Source: Pseudoalteromonas translucida KMM 520 (lineage in GTDB: Bacteria; Pseudomonadota; Gammaproteobacteria; Enterobacterales; Alteromonadaceae). From it: a DNA stretch of 32,000 nt. This document shows positions 9,421 through 16,917 of the stretch, in pieces. A model generated the notes under the pieces. The model was not told where the DNA came from and did no database searches. It worked only from the letters and a program-made list of their open reading frames with translations. A program made the translations under genes and the position numbers. How positions within the stretch are numbered: the first letter of the stretch is position 1; each line of letters starts with the position of its first letter. The DNA is taken from positions 720,001 to 752,000 of the forward strand of contig NZ_CP011035.1 of the NCBI RefSeq assembly GCF_001465295.1. The letters are read 5' to 3'.

Positions 9421-9612
9421 ATGGCTGTTCCTACTCGTTCGCAAATCTCCCCTGGTACAAAAGTAAATATCGTATTAAAAGAAGATCAACGCAGCGGCAC
9501 ATTAACACAAGGTGTGGTTGAGCGTTTATTAACAAAGTCACCAAACCATCCTCATGGTATTAAAGTACGTTTAGACGATGGCCAAGTAGGCCGAGTGAAA
9601 GAGATTTTATAA
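9421..9612 (+). CDS. YwbE family small protein (DUF2196-like)
   Basis: 63 aa. The strings VNIVLKEDQRSGTLTQGVVERLLTKSPNHPHGIKVRLDDGQVGRVKEIL match the remembered YwbE signature (SP.HPHGIKVRL..G.VGRV). Confidence 0.8.
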   Translation: MAVPTRSQISPGTKVNIVLKEDQRSGTLTQGVVERLLTKSPNHPHGIKVRLDDGQVGRVKEIL

Positions 9613-10130
9613 TGAGCACTTTAACAGAACAGGCTTTTTGGGATTTAGTAACCGCTCCTGATTTAGGGCTCGATCCGCAAAATGTGAGTGATAACTTAAA
9701 ACTTAAACTGCACGATTTAACCGATCAGCAGTTAATTGAGTTTGATAAGTTCTTTGGTATTTGTATGCGTAAATGCTACACCTGGGATTTATTTGGCGCA
9801 GCATTTGTAATGGCCGGTTGTAACGACGAATATGGTTTTAGTGAGTTTAGATGCTGGTTAATATCGCGCGGTGCAGACGTGTTCGAAAACGCTTTACTCA
9901 ACCCAGACTCAATTGCCGCCTGTACGCCTGTGTATCATGTTAACGAGCAGCCTTATCCGTACATAGATGAATACGACTTAATTGCAGGGTTACTTTACGA
10001 GGAGCGTAACGATGACGAACTGCCATTTATTCCCTCAGGAAGCGACGAGCCAAAAGGCAAACGCTTTAAAGACAAAGCTAAGTTTTTAAAACAAAGCTAT
10101 CCGCTGTTATTTGCTAAGTACTGGCAGTAA
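9612..10130 (+). CDS. DUF4240 domain protein
   Basis: 172 aa. It has an N-terminal FWDLV motif and the central region AAFVMAGCNDEYGFSEFRCWLISRGADVFENAL typical of DUF4240. Its start overlaps the YwbE stop (TAATG at 9610-9614). Confidence 0.7.
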   Translation: MSTLTEQAFWDLVTAPDLGLDPQNVSDNLKLKLHDLTDQQLIEFDKFFGICMRKCYTWDLFGAAFVMAGCNDEYGFSEFRCWLISRGADVFENALLNPDSIAACTPVYHVNEQPYPYIDEYDLIAGLLYEERNDDELPFIPSGSDEPKGKRFKDKAKFLKQSYPLLFAKYWQ

Positions 10131-10311
10131 TATTTTCACGCCCTAATCGTTTTATTTTTAACTGCATATAAAAACGCTTAGGGTGTGTTGCTCCTTTTTA
10201 AAGCAACACGACTTCTCTCCTTTTAAAGTAAATCTCTGTTATAGTTATAAAATTAAGCAACCAAGCATTTCGCTATTATTTAACCCACTAATTCGAGGAT
10301 ATAACCACTTA

Positions 10312-10773
10312 ATGAAATACTTAACACTTGCTTTATTAGCTATTGCTTTTACCAGCGCTCATGCAGTTGCAACCCCAAGTAATAAAAGCCGGTTTATTCC
10401 GCTTTTAAAAACAAAACTGGGTGCTTATGAAGTGGTGTCGGCTAATTCAGCGTTATGCGTTAATAGCCAATTGAGTTTTGTAAATCCAGATAATGAAGAT
10501 GCCGGTTTTACTTTAGGTGAGCAAATTATTTTTGACTCATTACATAACGGAACACAAACGGTTAAAAAACCCGATTTTTGTTTTGTTACTAGCTCATTAA
10601 AATACAAAAGCGATGGCATTGAAAACGGCTTAAGAATGAGCCGCTGCGAAAACCCAGCTAACGAAAAAACAATTAGCCAAAGCATTTATTTTTTAGCTAA
10701 CGACACACTTAAATATACGTTAAGTCAGCCAAGCGTTGCATGCACATTTAAAAAAGTACCCGACAGTCAATAA
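10312..10773 (+). CDS. Secreted hypothetical protein (about 153 aa, 4 Cys)
   Basis: The internal Met at 10312 gives a classical signal peptide, MKYLTLALLAIAFTSAHA. The longer ORF-track start at 10183 has no signal or RBS logic. Confidence 0.6.
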   Translation: MKYLTLALLAIAFTSAHAVATPSNKSRFIPLLKTKLGAYEVVSANSALCVNSQLSFVNPDNEDAGFTLGEQIIFDSLHNGTQTVKKPDFCFVTSSLKYKSDGIENGLRMSRCENPANEKTISQSIYFLANDTLKYTLSQPSVACTFKKVPDSQ

Positions 10774-10794
10774 CGCATAAGTAAGCTGTACTTA

Positions 10795-12051
10795 CTAACA
10801 ATATATTTTGGGTATATCACGCCAGCGCGTGGTGTACTGCGGGGATAAAAAATTCCTGTTCATATGCCAACCTTCATTTAATTTACTGCTTGCTAAACTA
10901 AGCATTCCTTTACCGTAGCGTTTATTTATAGCATCAAGACAATTCATTAATACTGGATTGTCGGTGCGTTTATTAAATAAATCGTCTTGTTGAAACTCCT
11001 GCGCAATAAGCTCTAAAGCACCCACACCACATTTATAAAAGCGAATACCCGGCTGATATATTTGCTCAAACACTTGCGATACCGCATTAGCCATTACGCA
11101 GGTGTCGTTAGTGGGGCTGGCAAATGTATACATATACGACTTTTTATAAAAAACGTTTTCGTGAGACGAACTCGCCGCAAAAATATAAAGTTGTTTGCAA
11201 AGCGATTTTTGCTTTCTTAATTTACTTGCAACCACAGTAACGTGATTAATTAACGCAGTTTTAAGTGCCGTTGGCTCGTATATACGCTCGCCAAAGCTTC
11301 GGGTCGAAAATACCTCGCGCTTATCTTGGCGTACGTCGTCCCAATTTAAGCAAGGTATGCCATTAAGCTCATTTACAGTGCGCTCTACCACCACACTAAA
11401 TGCACGGCGCATACTGTTAGGGTTTTGCTGCGCTAATTGCCATGCAGTGTGTATGTTCATTACTTTTAATTTTTTGGCTAAACGTTTACCAATACCCCAT
11501 ATATCTTGGCAACTCATTCTTTGTAAAATAGCTTTACGGCTTGCTTCGCAGTTAATAACAGCAACGCCATTAAATCCGGATAACTTTTTAGCGGCATGGT
11601 TTGCCGCTTTTGCTAAAGTAGCCGTAGGGCCAAAGCCAACACCAACGGGGAGCTTAGTTTCGCGCCATACGGTGCGCCTAATAGTGTGCCCATATGCAAA
11701 CCAGTCATTAATAACAGGGGTGTAACCGTTAAAGTGTAAAAATGACTCGTCGATACTGTATACGTGTTGCACGTCGCAAAAACGGCCAATAACGTTCATC
11801 ATTTTGTCGCTTAAATCAGCATATAACTCATAATTACTAGAGCGAATTACTACGTTATTTTGCGCAAGTAACTGCTTAACTTTAAAGTAAGGGGCAAATT
11901 TAGGAATGTTTAAACGCCGAGCAATGGGACACACCGCGCATATGCAACCGTCGTTATTGGTAAGCACTACCACAGGTTTTGAGCGAATAGCCGGGTCGAA
12001 TACTTTTTCGGCACTGGCATAAAAGGCCACCGCGTCTACTAGGGCATACAT
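10795..12051 (-). CDS. umuC: DNA polymerase V catalytic subunit UmuC (Y-family polymerase)
   Basis: MYALVDAVAFYASAEKVFDP...KPVVVLTNNDGCICA plus the downstream Y-family motifs (YSIDESF). It lies immediately downstream of umuD. Confidence 0.95.
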   Translation of the reverse strand: MYALVDAVAFYASAEKVFDPAIRSKPVVVLTNNDGCICAVCPIARRLNIPKFAPYFKVKQLLAQNNVVIRSSNYELYADLSDKMMNVIGRFCDVQHVYSIDESFLHFNGYTPVINDWFAYGHTIRRTVWRETKLPVGVGFGPTATLAKAANHAAKKLSGFNGVAVINCEASRKAILQRMSCQDIWGIGKRLAKKLKVMNIHTAWQLAQQNPNSMRRAFSVVVERTVNELNGIPCLNWDDVRQDKREVFSTRSFGERIYEPTALKTALINHVTVVASKLRKQKSLCKQLYIFAASSSHENVFYKKSYMYTFASPTNDTCVMANAVSQVFEQIYQPGIRFYKCGVGALELIAQEFQQDDLFNKRTDNPVLMNCLDAINKRYGKGMLSLASSKLNEGWHMNRNFLSPQYTTRWRDIPKIYC

Positions 12052-12452
12052 AGCAGTAACTCAGGGCTTTGGCGATGCAGACGAATTGAGCGTGTAACTA
12101 CGCCCTCAAGCTGAAACTCATCGCAGGATGTTAGTTGTACTGGTTTATACAAAGGTGATGCCGAGAGCAGCCGGGCATTGGTTTTATCAAGTAGCTTACA
12201 CACAAATAAGCCATTTAAATTAGCAACTATAACGTCGCCATTTTTAGCCTGTTCAGCGCGGTCTACTATTAGCAAGTCGCCTTCAAAAATACCCACATCT
12301 TGCATTGAACTGCCAGAGGCAACGCCAATAAAAGTGGCGTCGGGGTGCTTTATTAATAGCTCATCAAGCGACACACCAAGCTCGCTATATGGCGCAGCAG
12401 GCGATTCAAACCCGCACACACCCGCTTCTATATAAATGGGAATAACAAACAT
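12039..12452 (-). CDS. umuD: UmuD (LexA-like S24 peptidase, Pol V accessory subunit)
   Basis: Cys-Gly autocleavage site in VCGFESPAAPY (E. coli has CGFPSPAADY). Ser nucleophile in ASGSSM and Lys in FVCKLL. The ATG at 12452 is preferred over the TTG at 12461 used by the ORF track. It overlaps umuC by 13 nt. Confidence 0.9.
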   Translation of the reverse strand: MFVIPIYIEAGVCGFESPAAPYSELGVSLDELLIKHPDATFIGVASGSSMQDVGIFEGDLLIVDRAEQAKNGDVIVANLNGLFVCKLLDKTNARLLSASPLYKPVQLTSCDEFQLEGVVTRSIRLHRQSPELLLCMP

Positions 12453-12473
12453 AAAGATCAACCAAAACGCATA

Positions 12474-12493
12474 TACTGTACAAGTATACAGTA
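12474..12493 (-). promoter_or_regulatory. LexA (SOS) box overlapping the putative umuDC promoter
   Basis: TACTGTACAAGTATACAGTA is a perfect CTGT-N8-ACAG match to the gammaproteobacterial consensus TACTGT(AT)4ACAGTA. On the minus strand, a putative -35 TTGGCA (12519-12514) lies 18 nt from a -10 TATACT (12495-12490), and the box overlaps that -10. The box is 22 nt upstream of the umuD ATG. Confidence 0.85.
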
Positions 12494-12534
12494 TATGCGT
12501 TTTGTTTTACTTTTGCCAAGTAATGAATGAAAGA

Positions 12535-12954
12535 TCACTGCATGTTTTTGATCATTGTTTGTGCGGTATTTAAGAAGTCTTTGATTTGCGTCGAGTTTAA
12601 ATTTTTACACATTTGCTCGTTAACTTGGCGCTCGGCACTTAGTAATTTGTTAAAAAGCGCAGTGCCAGAGGCAGTAAAAGAAACAATAAAACAGCGTTTA
12701 TCGTGCTCACTGGCACATTTGTTGATTAAATTTAATGCTAAAAGCTCCTTAATTAAACGGGCAATTTGTGCTTTGTCGCGTTGAGTTTGGGTAACAATAT
12801 CGTTAGCAGTACATTGCGGCGTTGCTGCAATAATATGCAAGCAACGCACATGCATAGCGTTTAAACCAAGGTCGTTTGCATTAATCGCATCACGCGTTGT
12901 TACGCGGTAGCTTTGCATTAGCATAAAGAGTGTATTAGGCAGAGATGATTTCAT
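12535..12954 (-). CDS. MarR family transcriptional regulator
   Basis: Winged-HTH region CLHIIAATPQCTANDIVTQTQRDKAQIARLIKELLALNLINKCASEHDKRCFIVSFTASG. The start at Met-45 of the ORF-track product (MKSSLPN...) avoids overlap with the divergent gene. Confidence 0.85.
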   Translation of the reverse strand: MKSSLPNTLFMLMQSYRVTTRDAINANDLGLNAMHVRCLHIIAATPQCTANDIVTQTQRDKAQIARLIKELLALNLINKCASEHDKRCFIVSFTASGTALFNKLLSAERQVNEQMCKNLNSTQIKDFLNTAQTMIKNMQ

Positions 12955-12970
12955 AGTAGTTACCAAATAG

Positions 12971-13011
12971 TTGACAATATCAATTAAATTGCTATAGTTG
13001 ATTTTATCAAC
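12971..13011. promoter_or_regulatory. Two palindromes in the MarR/SIP divergent region; candidate MarR operators
   Basis: TTGAcaataTCAA (12971-12983) and GTTGATtttATCAAC (12997-13011). Both share TTGA/TCAA half-sites and lie between the two divergent start codons. Confidence 0.4.
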
Positions 13012-13074
13012 CAATGGGGCGTTGTGCAAATGTTGCTGCATGCAATTTAAACTTTTTGTAAAACGAGGTAATAC

Positions 13075-13818
13075 ATGAGTAGACAAATACGCAAAGCACA
13101 GGTGCTAAGTACGAAGCAAATTACACCGCACTTACAACGCATTGTGGTGGGTTCTGATGAATTTAAAGATCTTACGCCAAGTTACATAGGCCACTATGTA
13201 AAAGTGTTACTGCCCCATAACGGTGAACTCGATTTAAACATAAAAACGGCGCTTATGCGCTCCTATACTATTAACCATGTTAATGAGCAAACGGGGGCGC
13301 TCACGCTCGACTTTGTAATTAATATGCACCAAGGTCCTGCTACAAATTGGGCGCAAACAGCAAAAGTGGGAGACAGCTTAGCCATAGCTGGCCCGGGCCC
13401 TAAAAAGCTCGATAATTTTAGCCATTCGCACTACGTACTCCTTGGCGACTTAACCTCAGTTAATGCAGTGAAAGGCTATGCTCAGCAGTTACCGCATAGC
13501 GCGAAAATTGATATGTTTATTCATGCCCCTAGCGAGCAAGACATTATTAGTTTAGATACGCCGCGCACTGTAAATTGGCTAGTTACCAATAGCCCAGATG
13601 AAAGCATGCTAACGGCATTAAACAATTTAAAAGTAGGCGCACAATCCCCAATTGTTTTTATGGCGCTAGAGGCAGGCTTAGTGCGCAAAGTAAAAACTAA
13701 ACTTAATGAGCTATACGCCATACCACGTACGCATATTGTGGCATCGGGTTATTGGAAAAAAGGATTAAACTCAGAGAGCTATAAACAGCAACGCCAACAA
13801 GCGGCACAACCCGCTTAA
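13075..13818 (+). CDS. Siderophore-interacting protein family FAD-dependent reductase (ViuB/YqjH-like)
   Basis: 247 aa. R-x-Y-T FAD motif (LMRSYTI), then GPATNWAQTAKVGDSLAIAGPGP, and a C-terminal SIP-like region ending GYWKKG. RBS GAGG lies upstream of the ATG. Confidence 0.85.
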   Translation: MSRQIRKAQVLSTKQITPHLQRIVVGSDEFKDLTPSYIGHYVKVLLPHNGELDLNIKTALMRSYTINHVNEQTGALTLDFVINMHQGPATNWAQTAKVGDSLAIAGPGPKKLDNFSHSHYVLLGDLTSVNAVKGYAQQLPHSAKIDMFIHAPSEQDIISLDTPRTVNWLVTNSPDESMLTALNNLKVGAQSPIVFMALEAGLVRKVKTKLNELYAIPRTHIVASGYWKKGLNSESYKQQRQQAAQPA

Positions 13819-13946
13819 ATATACTCAGGTTATTTAGCGTTTAGCACCTTTAGTATCTTGAATTACAGGTAACGCACACCCATCTCTAGTTTTTATGCTT
13901 GTGGTTATAGCACACCATAAGCATACCATTTATAGGAGCTGCTATT

Positions 13947-14936
13947 TTGTTATCTAATATTCCTTTTTCGTTATTAGAGCTTGCCCCGATGCCCAAAGGG
14001 GCAACGGTATCCGAAACGCTACATAAAAGTACTAAATATGCTCAAAGAGCCGACGAGCTAGGTTTTAATCGCTTTTGGTTAGCAGAGCACCATAATATGC
14101 CAGGCATTATATGTGCAGCTACCTCTATTTTAGTGGGCCATATAGCCAGTAAAACCGATCGTATACGTGTAGGCTCGGGGGGGATTATGCTGCCAAATCA
14201 CTCGCCATTAGTTGTAGCCGAACAATTTGGTACATTAGAGAGCTTATACCCAGGGCGTATTGATTTAGGGCTTGGCCGTGCACCAGGAAGCGATCCTATT
14301 ACGAGTAGAGCTTTAAATTCAGACATGAGCCGAGCAGAGCGCTTCCCTCAAGAAGTAACCGAACTGCAAACCTTATTAGGGCCGTATAATGGCACTCACC
14401 CAATACGCGCTATACCCGGTGAGGACACCAATATACCAATTTGGTTATTAGGCTCAAGCTTGTTTAGTGCGCAACTGGCAGCGCAAAAAGGGTTACCGTA
14501 TGTGTTTGCAGGGCACTTTGCTCCGCGCTTTTTGTACGATGCCATAGAGCTGTATAAGCGCGAATTTAAACCTTCAAAGGTGCTTGATAAGCCATACATA
14601 ATGCTGGCATTACCGCTGGTGGCAGCCGATACCGACGAAGAAGCACAATACCTATCGACCACTTCGCAACAACGAGTACTTGCGCTAATGCGTGGCAGCG
14701 AATTATGGCTACAACCACCTGTTGACTCTATGGATGGCCTATGGAGTGAGCAAGAACGCGTACAAGTGGAAAACTTTTTAAGTTTAAGTGTAATAGGTGG
14801 GCATGTAAGTATAAGACACAAGTTAGAAATGATAGTAAAAGAGCTGGGCGTTGATGAATTTATATTTACCAACGATTTATACGACAGCGAAAAACGCCAT
14901 AGAGCTATCGAAATTTTAATGGAATTAAAACGTTAA
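13947..14936 (+). CDS. LLM-class (luciferase-like) flavin-dependent oxidoreductase, YhbW-like
   Basis: FSLLELAP...RFWLAEHHNMPGI...GSGGIMLPNHSPLVVAEQFGTLESLYPGRIDLGLGRAPGSD... closely follows the YhbW/LLM pattern. TTG start with RBS AGGAG at 13934-13938. Confidence 0.9.
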   Translation: MLSNIPFSLLELAPMPKGATVSETLHKSTKYAQRADELGFNRFWLAEHHNMPGIICAATSILVGHIASKTDRIRVGSGGIMLPNHSPLVVAEQFGTLESLYPGRIDLGLGRAPGSDPITSRALNSDMSRAERFPQEVTELQTLLGPYNGTHPIRAIPGEDTNIPIWLLGSSLFSAQLAAQKGLPYVFAGHFAPRFLYDAIELYKREFKPSKVLDKPYIMLALPLVAADTDEEAQYLSTTSQQRVLALMRGSELWLQPPVDSMDGLWSEQERVQVENFLSLSVIGGHVSIRHKLEMIVKELGVDEFIFTNDLYDSEKRHRAIEILMELKR

Positions 14937-14950
14937 GTTTCATTTAGTTA

Positions 14951-14975
14951 AGCAGGCGTACACCTTACGCCTGCT
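14951..14975 (+). terminator. Hairpin after the LLM gene (weak T-tract)
   Basis: AGCAGGCGTA (14951-14960) pairs with TACGCCTGCT (14966-14975) around a 5-nt loop. It is followed by ATATTAT rather than a clean T-run. Confidence 0.5.
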
Positions 14976-15206
14976 ATATTATAAGCGAAATCTAAACTAG
15001 TTTTGCTTATAGGCAACATCAATCTGTATTTTGGGTACTCATCTAAGCCACTCCCAAATAACAGCAAATAAATTATCCTACCGCATTCGCTTTAAGCGAT
15101 TAAACTAATAGATTTAATCAAATTTTATAGTGATTAATTACCCACTATAATTGAAACCACAAAACGTTATAACCCTATAACGCTACTTTTTACAGGAAGG
15201 TGTACC

Positions 15207-16229
15207 GTGAACTCGCTAAATAATGTAATCCCTAATTCAGTTAACAAAGCTGCGCAGCCAAAAATTGCGCTGATTGCTGAAGGTGGCGGACAGCGAGGTA
15301 TATTTACAGCCGGTGTACTTGATGCGTGGTTAGAGCAAGACTACGACCCATTTGATTTATTTATTGGTACTTCTGCGGGCTCGCAAAACTTAACTAGCTT
15401 TTTAGCAAGGCAAAAAGGCTATGCAAAGCGTTTGATCAGAGGGCTGTCGCGTAATAAAAACTTTTTTCAATTAGGCCGTGGTTTAATTGGTAAGCACATA
15501 ATGGATTTAGACTGGTACTTTGATAAAACCACTGAGGTAAATCGGAGTTTAGATTTTAAAACAGCCAAAAATAACTTAGGGGATCGTGAACTGCTTATTA
15601 CAGCAACAAACTCACGAGACCGTAAACCGTACTTTTTAGCGCCTACAGGCGAGAGCAAGCAATGGCGTGAGCTATTAAAAGCATCAAGTGCGTTACCATT
15701 TTTGTATAAGCAAGGTGTAAAACTAACACCTTGGATGAACACTTTAGCAGCTAACGAAGCGGAGCTTGCCTTAGAGCAAGTAGAGCCAGCAGTAGCCGAC
15801 TTTTATTTAGATGGCGGCCTTGCAGCACCTTTACCTGTACGTGAAGCCTATAACCGAGGCGCACGTAAAATAGTGGTGATCCGCACGGTCGATATTAACT
15901 TTCAAGTACAATCGGCATGGGTAAACAAACTAAGATCATTTGTGTGCGCATCAGGCTATTGTCCCAAAACCATAGATTATTTGCTACAGCACGAACAAGC
16001 ATACCAAGAAGAGTTGGAATTTATTGCAAACCCACCGGAAGATGTTGAAATTATACAAATTTTTGCAACCGAAAAACTGCATAGCAAATTACTTGGCAGT
16101 TCAGATAGCGATTTACGCTTTGATCACAAACTTGGTTTACAGGCAGGGCGCGCATATTTAGCTGAGCAAAATCCGCAAATTTGGGAGCATAGCCATAATC
16201 ATCAAGTATTGCAGTACTGTTATAACTAA
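15207..16229 (+). CDS. Patatin-like phospholipase, YjjU-like
   Basis: Oxyanion loop GGGQRGIFTAGVLD, nucleophile elbow GTSAGS, and catalytic Asp in YLDGGLAAPLPV. GTG start preceded by GGAAGG. Confidence 0.9.
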   Translation: MNSLNNVIPNSVNKAAQPKIALIAEGGGQRGIFTAGVLDAWLEQDYDPFDLFIGTSAGSQNLTSFLARQKGYAKRLIRGLSRNKNFFQLGRGLIGKHIMDLDWYFDKTTEVNRSLDFKTAKNNLGDRELLITATNSRDRKPYFLAPTGESKQWRELLKASSALPFLYKQGVKLTPWMNTLAANEAELALEQVEPAVADFYLDGGLAAPLPVREAYNRGARKIVVIRTVDINFQVQSAWVNKLRSFVCASGYCPKTIDYLLQHEQAYQEELEFIANPPEDVEIIQIFATEKLHSKLLGSSDSDLRFDHKLGLQAGRAYLAEQNPQIWEHSHNHQVLQYCYN

Positions 16230-16237
16230 ATAGAACT

Positions 16238-16309
16238 AAGGGGCTTATTTACTCAATTGCATTGAGATAATAAATAACCCCTTTGCTGGCGTATATACTG
16301 CACGCCAGC
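16238..16309. terminator. Two adjacent hairpins between convergent patatin and Lrp genes
   Basis: AAGGGG(C)TTATTTA pairs with TAAATAACCCCTT (16238-16283), with an inner palindrome CTCAATtgcATTGAG. GCTGGCGT (16285-16292) pairs with ACGCCAGC (16302-16309). Confidence 0.5.
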
Positions 16310-16317
16310 ATTTAATT

Positions 16318-16749
16318 TTAAGTAGACGAAAGCAAAATACTGGTTTCGCTATTTAAAATACCGTTTATTTCTCTTACTTGCCTAAGCACCCCATCAAACT
16401 CACTTAAGTTAGCCGCTTGAATTTCGGCTACTAAATCCCACGCACCATTAGTAGTGTGCAATTTAGTTAGCTCAGGAATACCGCGCATCGTTTTTATAAC
16501 TTGCGAGGTTGACTTACCTACCACTTCTACCATCATAATTGCTCTAACTGCTTCGGTTTCAATGTGCTGATGTACACGCACGGTAAAACCTAAAATTGCC
16601 CCTGATGACAGTAATCTATCTAACCTATTTTGTACTGTGCCCCGCGACACGTTTAATGTAGTGGCTAAAGTTGAAATAGAAGCGCGGCCGTCCTTTCTAA
16701 GTTCGGCTATTAGTGCTTTGTCGAGGACGTCGTAAATATAGGGAGTCAT
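16318..16749 (-). CDS. Lrp/AsnC family transcriptional regulator
   Basis: 143 aa. N-terminal HTH region DKALIAELRKDGRASISTLATTLNVSRGTVQNRLDRL, followed by a C-terminal RAM/AsnC-type ligand domain. Confidence 0.9.
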   Translation of the reverse strand: MTPYIYDVLDKALIAELRKDGRASISTLATTLNVSRGTVQNRLDRLLSSGAILGFTVRVHQHIETEAVRAIMMVEVVGKSTSQVIKTMRGIPELTKLHTTNGAWDLVAEIQAANLSEFDGVLRQVREINGILNSETSILLSST

Positions 16750-16917
16750 AGGGTACGCCTTAGGTGAATTTTGATCAAAATACTAAATTTAATCATTACT
16801 GCCTAGCAAAATGATAAAAAATAATGCTATTTGTATAACTAATTGCCATTTTAACTGGCGCACCAGAGCGATAAACTGCCTGTAAATAATTGCACACACT
16901 TACTTATAGAGGTTTTA

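Noticed and set aside
10183-10311. A 43-residue N-terminal extension of the secreted protein ORF (MCCSFLKQ...).
   Set aside because: The internal Met at 10312 yields a textbook signal peptide. The extension would bury it and has no RBS support.
10795-12461. umuDC as a marker of an integrative element or plasmid remnant.
   Set aside because: No integrase, transfer or plasmid genes flank it, and no repeat boundaries were seen. A chromosomal SOS operon with its own LexA box is sufficient explanation.
12955-13086. A long form of the MarR-family ORF that overlaps the divergent SIP gene start.
   Set aside because: It would remove the entire divergent promoter region and add a non-MarR N-terminus. 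Met-45 (12954) gives a normal-length MarR protein.
14396-14872. Antisense ORFs nested in conserved genes: 158 aa in the LLM gene, 11357-11725 in umuC, 23914-24303 in the antiporter, 1898-2257 and 325-630 at gene starts, and 30373-30573 in ppsA.
   Set aside because: They lie fully or largely opposite well-supported genes. They lack RBS or family resemblance and have the skewed composition typical of antisense frames.
15207-16229. The two patatin genes as effectors of a CBASS-like or other anti-phage defence system.
   Set aside because: No cyclase, sensor, NTPase or nuclease partner is adjacent to either gene. The first is a YjjU-type housekeeping homologue, and both have their own terminators.
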